Below are positions 46,822 to 57,100 of a DNA stretch of 64,000 bases, piece by piece (within the stretch, counting starts at the first letter, position 1; every line of letters starts with the position of its first letter). Where the stretch lies: contig SMSO01000035.1 in NCBI GenBank assembly GCA_004764695.1, forward strand, positions 3,546,040 through 3,610,039. The letters run 5' to 3'. Under the pieces are notes generated by a model. The model saw nothing but the letters and a program-made list of their open reading frames with translations, made no database searches and was not told the DNA's origin. A program made the translations under genes and the position numbers. Source of the stretch: Schizochytrium sp. TIO01 (lineage: Eukaryota; Protista; Bigyra: Labyrinthulomycetes).

Positions 46822-48339
46822 TCAAAGACGTGAAAGAGGATTGAGCTTGTTAGCTGCGTAAACCAAAACTGAAATCTTGGCAGCAGAGCTGACTTGGAAT
46901 GCGCATCGCCAGGTTCCTCCATGCACAGCAGATGAGTGGTAAGACTTCATCGGATGGCTTTCGAAGGCTTCAACCTTTGAGTTCGGGTTTTCAACATCAT
47001 ACACTAGGAGAGCGGTCATAATTGCATTTGCGGTTTCAGGCAAAAAGGGAGTGACGCCGAAGCGCTCGCAGCCAAGAATACTCATGCGCAGCACAGGGTT
47101 GCTAAGCATAGAACGCGTAAGTGATGCAGGGGCGACGTTGGCGATTGCACGTCGCGGTCCAGAGATAATGGTGCGCCAGCGCTGGATGAGCTTTGCGAAC
47201 CCGTAATTGGGTCCTTGCTCTGGGACGTAGTTGTCGGTAAAGAGAAGTGAGGACTTGGGTTCGCGTGTAGCATTGTTAGGAAGCAAAGTGCGGCCCATTG
47301 TAATGGCACGCAAAAGCAAATCACCCGGGTGGGTCCATACACGCTCGGATGCAGTGCGCTGGGCCTGCGCGTAAGCCTCCTCAGGGATACAATAAGGCTC
47401 AGTAGGCGAGCACAAATAGGAGAGAACAACGCGGGGACGAACCTTCTGGACTTCAGCGGCAATATAGTCGGACGCAGTTGCAACGCGGACGAAAGCAGCA
47501 CCATCAAGGTATAAGTAAGAGCCAAGAACAGCGGTCTCGTTCTCTTCGATACAGTTGCTAATCCAGTCTGCAAGCCAAGGCATGTCATCCACAACATTTG
47601 CGCCAGGTTTCCCTGTTGTTTTGTCCACAGGGAAAATAATTTTACCGGCAGATGCCTCGGCGCGAGCAAGAAGAGGTTCCCAAATCTTGTCACCAGGGAG
47701 ATCTACTGCAATAATGGTGGCGCCGAGACGGAGAAGAGAACTTGTGGGACCCATTTGTGATGAGGCGCCGAGGATGACGAACTTCTTTCCACGAAGGTCA
47801 AGCCATTCTGGATGGTCCTTGAGAAGCGAGTTCATCTTTTGAAGAACGTTTGGCTCTGCAAAGCCTTCTTTGATCCACTTTTTAATCTCCTTCAGAATGG
47901 CATCTTTGTTGTCGAGCATCACAATTTCGCCCTCCTGGTCCTTTGCAAGAGCAGTTTTAGCAGAAGATACTTTGGGAATGGGCAGTGCGAAGGGCTCAAG
48001 GGCTCCAGTGCCCTCAACAGTGCCGGTTTCGAATCGCTCTTGAAATGGTGCTGGGCGAACCTCAGCCAGAGGCTTGCCATTCCAGTGCATAGTGTCGTAA
48101 AGGGCCTTGAGGCCAGCTTCGGAGGTCTCCTGGCATGCCTCGGGACTTGAGAGCATGTGGGTTTGCACGGTCATGAAATGGCCAATGTAGTTCTTGCGCC
48201 AAAGATTTTCTTCGCGGAGTTTCTTCGCGGCCTCTTCGTTGCGGTGTACTCTAACCCTGCCGTCATCCATGGCATGGGCTAGCATTTCCCGCACAGCATC
48301 TGTGCTGCTCACGTCGGAGGAAGGGCCAAAGTCAAGCAT
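46822..48339 (-). CDS. Uncharacterised NAD(P)-binding Rossmann-fold / divergent SDR-like oxidoreductase, 505 aa
   Basis: DLRGKKFVILGASSQMG (dinucleotide-binding strand-loop), GATIIAVD, YxxxK motif in QGPNYGFAK, and NVAP. Biased codon usage typical of a real gene. Confidence 0.75.
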   Translation of the reverse strand: MLDFGPSSDVSSTDAVREMLAHAMDDGRVRVHRNEEAAKKLREENLWRKNYIGHFMTVQTHMLSSPEACQETSEAGLKALYDTMHWNGKPLAEVRPAPFQERFETGTVEGTGALEPFALPIPKVSSAKTALAKDQEGEIVMLDNKDAILKEIKKWIKEGFAEPNVLQKMNSLLKDHPEWLDLRGKKFVILGASSQMGPTSSLLRLGATIIAVDLPGDKIWEPLLARAEASAGKIIFPVDKTTGKPGANVVDDMPWLADWISNCIEENETAVLGSYLYLDGAAFVRVATASDYIAAEVQKVRPRVVLSYLCSPTEPYCIPEEAYAQAQRTASERVWTHPGDLLLRAITMGRTLLPNNATREPKSSLLFTDNYVPEQGPNYGFAKLIQRWRTIISGPRRAIANVAPASLTRSMLSNPVLRMSILGCERFGVTPFLPETANAIMTALLVYDVENPNSKVEAFESHPMKSYHSSAVHGGTWRCAFQVSSAAKISVLVYAANKLNPLSRL

Positions 48340-49304
48340 GGTTATTCTTATTATATACTCCAGAGATTTTCGAGAGCTCGCAGCTAACTTTGGTCACACA
48401 GTCTCAGTTCCCACAGAATGGGCAATCCAGCGAACCAGCAAACCCGGTCTTTACCGAGGTCTCGTTCTTGCAGAAGCTTCCTGGCCCCAATTCAGGTCTG
48501 CCTGCACAAGGGATAATGTGCTAGCAGCAGTGGCAGCAGTAGCCAACTCAATTTGAGAGGGGGGATTCGGTTTTGCCTGAATTGCTTGCTTGCTTGCTTT
48601 CTTTCTTGGCCTGCGATTTCTTTTAGTTATCTGTGACGCCCCCGGTGACGTCAGAAGAGACAAATTCATAACATCATACGACACATCCTCGTATCATTCA
48701 TTCCCTAATCAATCCCAGCGCGAGCTTAGAACTGGGGTCGCCCTCAATGCCTTTGCAGCATCACTATCGGCAGCACACAAATCGCCGAACAGCCGAGTTA
48801 GTTATCGAAGGGTTGGATCTCCGGGCAGCTCAGATAGAAGCTCTCCTCAATCAGCTAGTTCGACGACCATTTTGATCTCTGTAGTTTTGTTTGTTTGTTT
48901 GTTTGTGTGTTTGCTTTTATTACGATTGATCACAATTTTATGTAGCTCTTGGTAGTTTCGCGTGCGTTGCCAAATATTCATTCAACTATTCATTCTTCTC
49001 TCAACTCATTCATTTTCATTTTTTATTTGTTTGTTTCTTCAGCGAAGAATAAATAAATAGATACATAGGTAGGACCTGCCTACCTTCCCTGGTAGGAGTC
49101 CACTACCCTCACAGCACCGTCGATGAGGTCGCTGATTCTTGAAACACTCTAATCAATGACTGAGTGATCATCTCTTTTGTTTGCAATTCTTACATCATCA
49201 ACGTCGAACTGGTTGACTGACTTTTACTGCACGCGAGCCAATCCCCTCTTGAGCTCGCTTGCGACCTCGAAGACTGATGAGGACTGACTGACTGACTGAC
49301 GTTC

Positions 49305-49340
49305 GTTTGTTTGTTTGTTTGTTTGTTTGTTTGTTTGTTT
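49305..49340. repeat. (GTTT)9 microsatellite preceded by (GACT)n
   Basis: Read directly from the sequence. Confidence 0.9.
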
Positions 49341-50343
49341 GGTCAGGTCACGAACTGAGTGGGCGGACTCTGAGCAGCGTCTGGCGACGACGAGCGAAGA
49401 ACTCCGTCTTGCGTCATAATCGTGAGACGCGGCCTATTCGCAGTCTCGTGCCATCCTTGCCGTGTAGATTAGGTCCCTTCGACAAAGTGCACGCAAAGAG
49501 GTGAGTTAATTTAAGGTCTTGGCGTTGTGCACAGGGTGCACCACCTTAAGTTGCTTACGTGCGATTGCAATCAGGGTTGCTTACGGTACGAGGGCTCAGA
49601 AGTCTGGGGCAAGCCTGAAGACTGGCCGGAAGCTCGCCCAAGCTTTGAGAGTGAATGGACTTGAGCTTGCGAAGGATGGGCCACCAGTAGATTTTGGCAT
49701 CGCTGTTGAGACTGGTTCTGTTGAGGCTGGTTTTGGGGGGTTTCCGGATTCCGAAAGAAGAAGAAAAACAACAGCAACGAATTATGGAGTGTCGTTTGCA
49801 ATTCGGGTCAACCTCGCTGGATAAAAGCTGCTTTTATCACTGATCGAAATCAATATCCTTAGGAACTTGCTTGGGCAAGAACTCAAGTCAAATCACATGA
49901 TTCCCAGCCTCAGAATCTACCACGTGTAGCACCCACACCCTTCTTGGTCCATTCCTTTTCGATGTCATCCATCTTCTAAAATATTTAGTATCTCTCTCTC
50001 CCTCTCCCGAGAGCATCGCAAAGCCCAAGTGTTTGATAGAAGCAGTTTCGAGCTTGAAGAATTTCTGTGCAGGGGCCACGGAATGCTCCTGACCTCCCAT
50101 TTTTATCTCCTCCCAAATCCTCTCCTCGAACCCAAGAGCAATCAAAATGTCATCCGTGCGATCCTCACCATGTCGTACCTTTTCCAAACCTCAACGCTTC
50201 GACCTTGCTCTCCTCTCCAAGTTCCGCGCAAGTTTCCCACGATCTTGCCACCGCCGTGTCGATCACCATCTCATCTCACTCAGACCCGCTCAGGTAAAGC
50301 AAATCACTCATTCATTCCCCCTCCATCAACAAGCTTGCAAGCG

Positions 50344-50598
50344 CTATAGCCGACTTGTCCGCGTATAACCTACTTGTGGCACTCCCGCCTACAGTGGCCT
50401 ATTCGCCTCCACAAATGAGCTATTTCCGCAGCGCCAGATCCACGTAGATTCTGCGGCCAGCAAGCCCTCTTCCTAGCGACTACTCTAAGAGGCCCCTAGT
50501 CTGAGTGTCGATTGAGCGCCTTTCCTCCAAGAGCGTACACTGCGGCCTTTACTATAGAACAAATTGTATAACCTATAGTGGGCAGGTTCCTACAGTGG
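50344..50598. promoter_or_regulatory. CTATAG / CCTAYAGTGG motif cluster upstream of FARSA
   Basis: CTATAG at 50344, 50552 and 50573. CCTACAGTGG at 50388 and 50589, and CCTATAGTGG at 50572. Confidence 0.35.
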
Positions 50599-50839
50599 AC
50601 ATGATAGGTTTGCAAGTGAAGTATAACTCGAGGAGGCTGGAAAGGAAGGGCAACAAGACAGGCCGGCCGACAGGCAGACAGGCAGACAGCCAAGGCAAGC
50701 AGGCAAGCAGGCAGGCAGCTTTGCGTGCGTCCAGCAGCGTCGCACCGACATCGTCGCGGCACGTTCCCGCCTCGAGGTCCCCAGTTTGCTACTTCCTTGT
50801 GTTATCTTTCCTCTCAACCAGCGTTTAAGCTCCAGCGAG

Positions 50840-52682
50840 ATGGCATCCGACCTCGAAACAGAGATCCTCCGCCGCGTCGGCGCCGGCGAGACCCTCAACA
50901 CCCTCAGCCTCGCCTCCGAGAAGGGCATTGACCATGCCGTGACCTCCGGACTTGCCCGCAGTCTCGCCGCTGACGAGATGGTGTCTTGGGACCAGCGCGA
51001 GGCCAAGTGCTTTGCCCTCACCAAAGACGGAGAGCAAACTCTGGCGCAAGGCGCGCCGGAGCTCGAGCTTCTGAAGGCGGTCCCGGCTGAAGGTCTTCCA
51101 TTGGCGGATGTGAAGAAGAACTACAAGGTTGGCATGGGCCACTGCATGAAGAAGAAGTGGATTGAGACTGTGGATGGTGTAGTCAAGGCCAAGGTTGATC
51201 CCAGCGAGGTGGTCGATGAACTCGCCGAGATCCTTGGGCGCGTGCAGGCTGGCGGGTTTGCTGAGGACAGCATCTCCGCAGATGATGCCAAGACCCTGAA
51301 GAAGAGAAACCAGGTGACTGTTGTGAAGACTGTCTCTTGGGATATTGCAAAGGGAGCAAAGTGGGCGGAACAGCGCGTGAAGCAGGAGGTGGCCCTGACA
51401 AAGGAGATGCTTGACTCTGGAGCGTGGCAGACGACACAGTTTAAGCCGGTCAACTTGAAGAGTCTTGGAGTCACATCCAACGCTGGATACCTTCACCCGC
51501 TTATGCAGGTTCGCACAGAATTCCGCAAGATCCTCATCGGCATGGGCTTTGAGGAGATGCCCACTAACCGCTGGGTAGAATCCTCCTTCTGGAACTTCGA
51601 CGCCCTCTTCCAGCCGCAGCAGCACCCGGCTCGTGACGCCCACGACACCTTCTTCGTTAAGGAGCCCGCAAATGCTACCCTTGAAGATGTTGACCCCGAA
51701 CTTGTCCAGCGCGTCAAGGACATGCACGAGCACGGTGGAAACGGATCCATCGGATACCGCTATGACTGGAGCCTGGAGGAGTCCCAGAAGAACATCCTCC
51801 GCACCCACACTACCGCCGTTTCCTCGCGCATGCTGTACCAACTTGCACAAAACGTGCCCTTCCAACCTGCCAAGTACTTTAGTATTGACCGTGTCTTCCG
51901 TAACGAAACCGTTGACGCCACCCACTTGGCAGAGTTCCACCAGGTTGAGGGCCTCGTTGCTGACTACAACCTCTCCCTCGGTGACCTCATTGGTGTTATC
52001 AAGAACTTCTTCTCCGCCATTGGTATTGACAATGTTCGCTTCAAACCGGCCTACAACCCGTATACAGAGCCCTCCATGGAAATCTTTGGTTACCACCCTG
52101 ATCTGTAAGTTTTTCGTTGCATGACTTGACACTTTTGACATATGCAGCGGCTAGAAAGCATCTAGCTTCGGTGGGATGTATGCTCTCTTTTGCGATATGG
52201 CATTGCAACGTTTTCACCTCTCCCAAGGTTTGTATGGCTGAAGACCAGCTGTATGGTCCTCTCGCCGCACATATTTTTGCCCGCTTGAATAATTGACTGA
52301 CCCAATTCACTAATTGACTCTGACAACAAACCAACCCTTACGTACTTCGTTTGGTCGCGGCTTCTTCTTTAACGAATGGTATTTCCTTCATTTTATTTAA
52401 CCTTTGTCGGTGTATATTTTAATTTTGTAAAAACACAGCAAGAAGTGGACCGAGATTGGTAACAGTGGAATGTTCCGCCCAGAGATGCTCAAGCCCCTCG
52501 GTTTGCCCGAGGGTGTGCGTGTGATTGCTTGGGGACTTGCCCTCGAGCGTCCTACCATGATCAAGTTCCGTGTGCGTAAGATCAAGGAGCTCTTTGGTCA
52601 CAAGATTAGCCTCGAGAAGTCCCGCACCAGCCAGCTCCCTCTCTTTAAGGAGCACGTTGACCCCGAGGAGGAGAAGGAGTAA
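50840..52682 (+). CDS. FARSA: Cytosolic phenylalanyl-tRNA synthetase alpha subunit, 502 aa; exons 50840-52104 and 52439-52682
   Basis: [78 protein letters not shown] and [14 protein letters not shown]. Splicing GTAAGT(52105) to ACAG(52438) restores [20 protein letters not shown]. Confidence 0.97.
52105..52438 (+). other. Spliceosomal GT-AG intron (334 nt, phase 2) of FARSA
   Basis: Donor CT|GTAAGT, U-rich 3' half, acceptor ACAG|C. Removal joins CT+C (Leu) and restores the conserved motif. Retention gives CTG TAA immediately. Confidence 0.95.
52140..52274 (+). promoter_or_regulatory. Candidate intronic tRNA-Phe-mimic cis-regulatory RNA element
   Basis: Closing stem GCGGC(52147-51)/GCCGC(52264-68) followed by A. 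TAGCTTCGGTGGGA(52163-76) resembles tRNA-Phe positions 8-21. TGG-CTGAAGA-CCA (52235-47) is an anticodon-like stem-loop and GGTCCT (52255-60) is variable-loop-like. No GTTCGA T-arm. Confidence 0.55.
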
Positions 52683-53510
52683 ACAATAACCCATAAAATA
52701 TAAAAAACAAACTTTGAACCAACATTGCCCATTTATACTATACATTCATAAACCCTTCACGGTTTCTTCTATATTCTTGTCACAAAAGAACGCCACGCCC
52801 TTGTTAATGCGCACGTCTCTAACCCGACTAGGTCTGGTGCGAGCAGGAGGATAATCAACTGCATAAATTTACAGATCCCCACAATTCCGTGACAGGCCGA
52901 ATTCGACACATTACAGCTCCAACCAACTAGACCCTTTTCTACTCCATGAGAATGAATTCGGGCAAACCTCCTTCCTAGTGGCATATCATATTACTCTTCG
53001 GGAGCCTCATAACTTCCACTGCACAATCTAAGCTCAACCCTCCCAAGTTCTACGTCACTTTCCATAAAGAACAGCTACTACCCTTTTCTTCTTCATCTTG
53101 GTCTCGAGTTCTTCTTTCAAGTTAGGACCAAAATTGATTGACGGACCTCTCTCTAGTCTAGAGAGGGAGAAGTGAGAAGATAACTTGCGGATCGTTCTCT
53201 CCTCGTTCCTGCCGACGGTGAACCCATTTCTGCGGCTCTGGCACATCCTTCCCGAAGTCGCAAGAAACCTTGCCGCTCTCTCTCTTAATTATGTCCCTCT
53301 GCTCGCCTGAGCGAGTACGCTCTGCGCTGCTCTGGCCCCACTTCCGTCAGCCTATTGGCGGCCCCGTTGCCTCGCTAAGCCTCCTCTTCGCCTCCCAAGC
53401 GAAGGATCGATCGATGATTCATTCTTGCATGCATATGCATGAACGTGCATTGCATTGCAAGAGACCTAAGCTGGCGCCCAAGTGACTTATACCGCGGCAC
53501 TTACACTAGG

Positions 53511-53893
53511 CTATAGACGCCGCAAGTGAACAATCTGCCTATAGCGCACTTGGGGGCCGTTTAGCCCACTGTGGCGCCAACTTTGCATACTAATACACAT
53601 CCTTCCCTCCAGTGCCTGCCTGCAACAGAGAGACAAATAACTAAACAACTAACCGTGCAGAAACGCGGCTTCGTGGCAAAGATCCTGACGTAAGAACGGG
53701 TCTGCGTCACTCCAGGCACTCCCAGCTGCAGGATGAGGCTGAGGACGAGGCGAAATGCAGCGTGTGCGGCAACAGCCACAACCAACTTCAGAGGCGAAGG
53801 AGCGCTAAGAAAACAAACAGCTACCGCTATAGCCTATAGTAGCGGGGCGCGCAAAGTGGGCTATAGGCGGCGCAAAGTAGAGTATAGCTATAG
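53511..53893. promoter_or_regulatory. Cluster of six palindromic CTATAG motifs upstream of GCN1
   Basis: CTATAG at 53511, 53539, 53827, 53834, 53861 and 53888. Several are followed by a GC tract and GCAA(A)GT. Confidence 0.4.
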
Positions 53894-54199
53894 CTGACTT
53901 TGGGCCTTCGGTGTTCACTTGGGTAGTTGAAAGTAAAAGGGATCGATTGTATGATGGATAGATAGATAGATAGAGGAAGCGGTGGCGCCGCGCAGACTCG
54001 GATTGCGGCACTCGACAGAGGCCGCGCAGACGAAAGAGGTTCGGCGCCGCAGGGGGTCGTGGAGAAGTGGTCCCGCGAGCGGCTTCCTCCCCGCCGCTGG
54101 ATCTGAGGCCGCTCTGGCGTGAGCTGCTTTTGTCTGTCTCTTGCAGGAGACTGACTTGACTTGGTGGCCTCGAGCAGTCTGTCTCTCTCGTGAGGCGCC

Positions 54200-57100
54200 A
54201 TGGCGTGCGCATCCCTGCGCTCGTGGCTCGCAGAGGCTGGCCAGATTCAGAGCGATGGCCGCAAGGTCCTGGCTGAGGCACTCGACGCCGCTGGAGCATC
54301 TGTTGGAGGCAGCGACGAGGGATCGTCGACTTCAGTGGTTCGCGCCGCCAGGCTCATCTTGAAATCTGCCTCTGATCTTGGGCTTTCTGCAGGCGCCACG
54401 GAGGCTGTCGCTGCCGAGGCGCGCCGGAGGCCAGGACTTCGCGAGGCACTCGCCACAGAGCTTGCTTCCATGCAGCTTGAGGGCCGCCGCCTCGCGCCCA
54501 GGGCGCTTCTCACGCTAGCCAAGATTGCCGCCGCCGTCGTGCCCGCCGACGCCCCGGAGAGCGCCCCAGGCTTGCTTGTGCGCCACCTCGAGCTCCTCGC
54601 ACTCCTCGAAAATTCAGGAGCCAAGAGCCGCCGTGCTCTGCGGAGAGCCGTAACGAAACTCGGATTGGACCAGGACGTGCGCCGCAAAGCTTACGCAGAA
54701 GCCATTGCCAATGGAGCCGTCGTAGGAGGCGCCGGAGTCAAGGCTGTCGCCGATGCACTTGGACAAAATGGAGATGGTGGCGACGCAGAGACAGAAAAGG
54801 TCATAGAGAAGGCACTGAAGCCGCTGGTAGAGAAGGTTCTCGACTCTAGAGGAGCACCGTCGGAAGAAGTGTTGGAGGCGATGGCACCCTTGTTGCATAA
54901 GGCATCGCAGAGCTTTTTTCATGAAACCATGCAACCCAAGATTGCCAGCGCTCTCAACTTGAGAGCGGAGGAGAAACTCGATGCTGTGGCAATCATATTT
55001 GAGAACGTGAGCGACGCAGGCCTGGACAAGTACGCGGAAGATCTCTTCATCATGGCGCCTGTGTGCAAAGCACTCACGAGCTCCACGGACTCAGCGAGGC
55101 ATGTCGCAACGCACGCCATTGCAGCCATCGCACGTCATTGCAAGAGTGCGGCAGTGGCATTGGCAGTGCTCAGTGAGCTTGGAAGCACACTCAACGGCTC
55201 TGGGGCACTTGGCAAGACCGCTGTGGCGCAACCTTTCCAGCGAGGAGCCGTATTGACAGCAATTGACCTCTTCGCTAGCTGTGTCGAGGACGCCATTGTG
55301 GACGCCGACGAGGCAGCACAGGTCGTGGACTATGCCTGCGGCCTCCTCAGTGCCTATGCATCGTCCGAAAAGACCCCTGCTCTCGTTGGCCAGGCTCTTG
55401 CGGCGGGTGCACACTGGATCCAGGCGAGCCAGACCGCCTCTGTAAATGCCGACTTCGTCGAAGTTCTCCTCAAGGGAGTATTGCTCGCTGTACCGACTGC
55501 TCGCGAGCACGTGCGTGCCCTTTCGCTTGTCCTCACCAATGCGAGTGCATCTGCACGCGAGCAAATCGCACAGGCGGCCCTCGCTAAAAAGGCCGCCGCT
55601 AGACCTTTTGACGTTTGTATCGCGGATGAAACGCTCACGGCAGCAGCATCCAGTTCAACATCAACTTCTGCAGATTCATCAGACACCAGCTCCAAGGCCA
55701 GCTCATCGGCACCCAAGGCTAGCAGCAAGACTGCAGCCTCTGGAACAACCGCTGCTGCCAAGAAGAAGAAGAAAGGTGGCGACCTCGACGCTCTTGGTGC
55801 AGAAATGCTAGCTATGAGTAAGGGAAGCAAGAAGAAGGGAGCATCCACAACCACCAAGTCTACCACTGCTGTTTCCAAGGTCTCGTCTAGCTCAAGCTCT
55901 GCAAGCTCGAGCACAGGCGCTGCGAAGAACGGGCACGGCCTTATTGGCGCACTCTTCGATACCGTCTTGGTTGGTGACAACTTTTCCAGCAACGCAAACT
56001 TTTTTAAGCAACAGTACAGTATTGTGATTCATGCTCTGGCTGCGCTCATGTTCCTATCTGTTGCAGACTCCAAGGTTGCGGCTATTATTAGTGAATTAGA
56101 AACAGCCACTGGCTTCAAGCCCTGGGCTCTCCTCACCACAGAGAAGAAAGTATGGACTTCTCTTGTTGCTAAGAGCGCTCGCCAGGTCAACAACGTATGG
56201 TTGCCTCGCGACCCTGTTGTCATTGCTGGTGTCAACGATGATTCTGATGAGAACCTGCCGACAAGTACCAACATCCCCGAATACATCAAGTCTTCCGTAT
56301 GGGTTTCTGGCATCCGTGGTCTAAACACTGGCGCCGAGGCCCAGCTCACGCTCGCCCGACTCATCCAGGCTGTCCTTGTTAATGCTTCTGAGAAGTTTTC
56401 TACTGAAGCAAAACTTGCAGTCCCGGCCCTTGCTCTCGCATCACTTTCTCTCAGCCCTCACTTTAAGGTGCGCGAAGCTGCTCGCAAGGTAGCTTGCAAG
56501 GCTTTGGCTCCTATGAGCGTTGTTAATGGGTTTCGCTCGGCAATGAGCGGCCTTCAGGCTTATCTTTCTCGCGCCTCTCCCTCCGTCCCGCTCGACAGCT
56601 CTCGTATTCGCATCTACATTGTCAGCGTTCTCAACGCGGCCATGGAAGCCGCAGATGATGGCTTGCCACCTGCAGATGCACTCCTCCCTCTTCTGATTGT
56701 TTCGCATCATCCTCTTGTGCGGAGCTTGAATGTTTGGCACTCTGTCCGTAAAATTTACCTTGCTAAGCATGATATCAGCCCTGAGCGCATGCTGTTACGC
56801 TCCGAGGAATTGAAGGAATCTGTGCAATCTACACTAGTGCATTATCTGTGCCTCTCGTCGCCCAAGAACACCAGCGCAGCTATCATTAAGGCAGCGCGAG
56901 CAGCCGTAGCGCAGCTCGTAGCGCATGCTGAGAAGGGCGTCGCCTCTATTCCTGGTCTGATTCCTGGTATCACGAGCGCATTGGATGCTGGTCTTGTGTC
57001 AGGTTTCACTGAGCGTGACTGTAAGGTCTTTGCCTCCCCCAAGGGTATTGTGTCTGATGTTGGTATTGTTGCTCTTGAAGCCGCTCAAAGCGAAAAGGCA

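Noticed and set aside
49888-50280. Minus-strand coding-like fragments between the SDR-like gene and FARSA (similar ones at 35014-35450 and 1950-2150)
   Set aside because: Short, frame-broken and without recognisable motifs, so they cannot be supported as genes or pseudogenes.
52140-52274. Intron element as a true tRNA gene or an H/ACA snoRNA
   Set aside because: There is no T-arm/B-box and the arm spacing is wrong for a tRNA. An ACA lies at 52269-71, but I found no ANANNA H box between hairpins and no clear rRNA target. The snoRNA reading is disfavoured, not excluded.
54128-54146. Pyrimidine tract plus CAG upstream of the GCN1 ATG as a 5'-UTR intron acceptor
   Set aside because: Plausible, but no donor can be assigned without transcripts.
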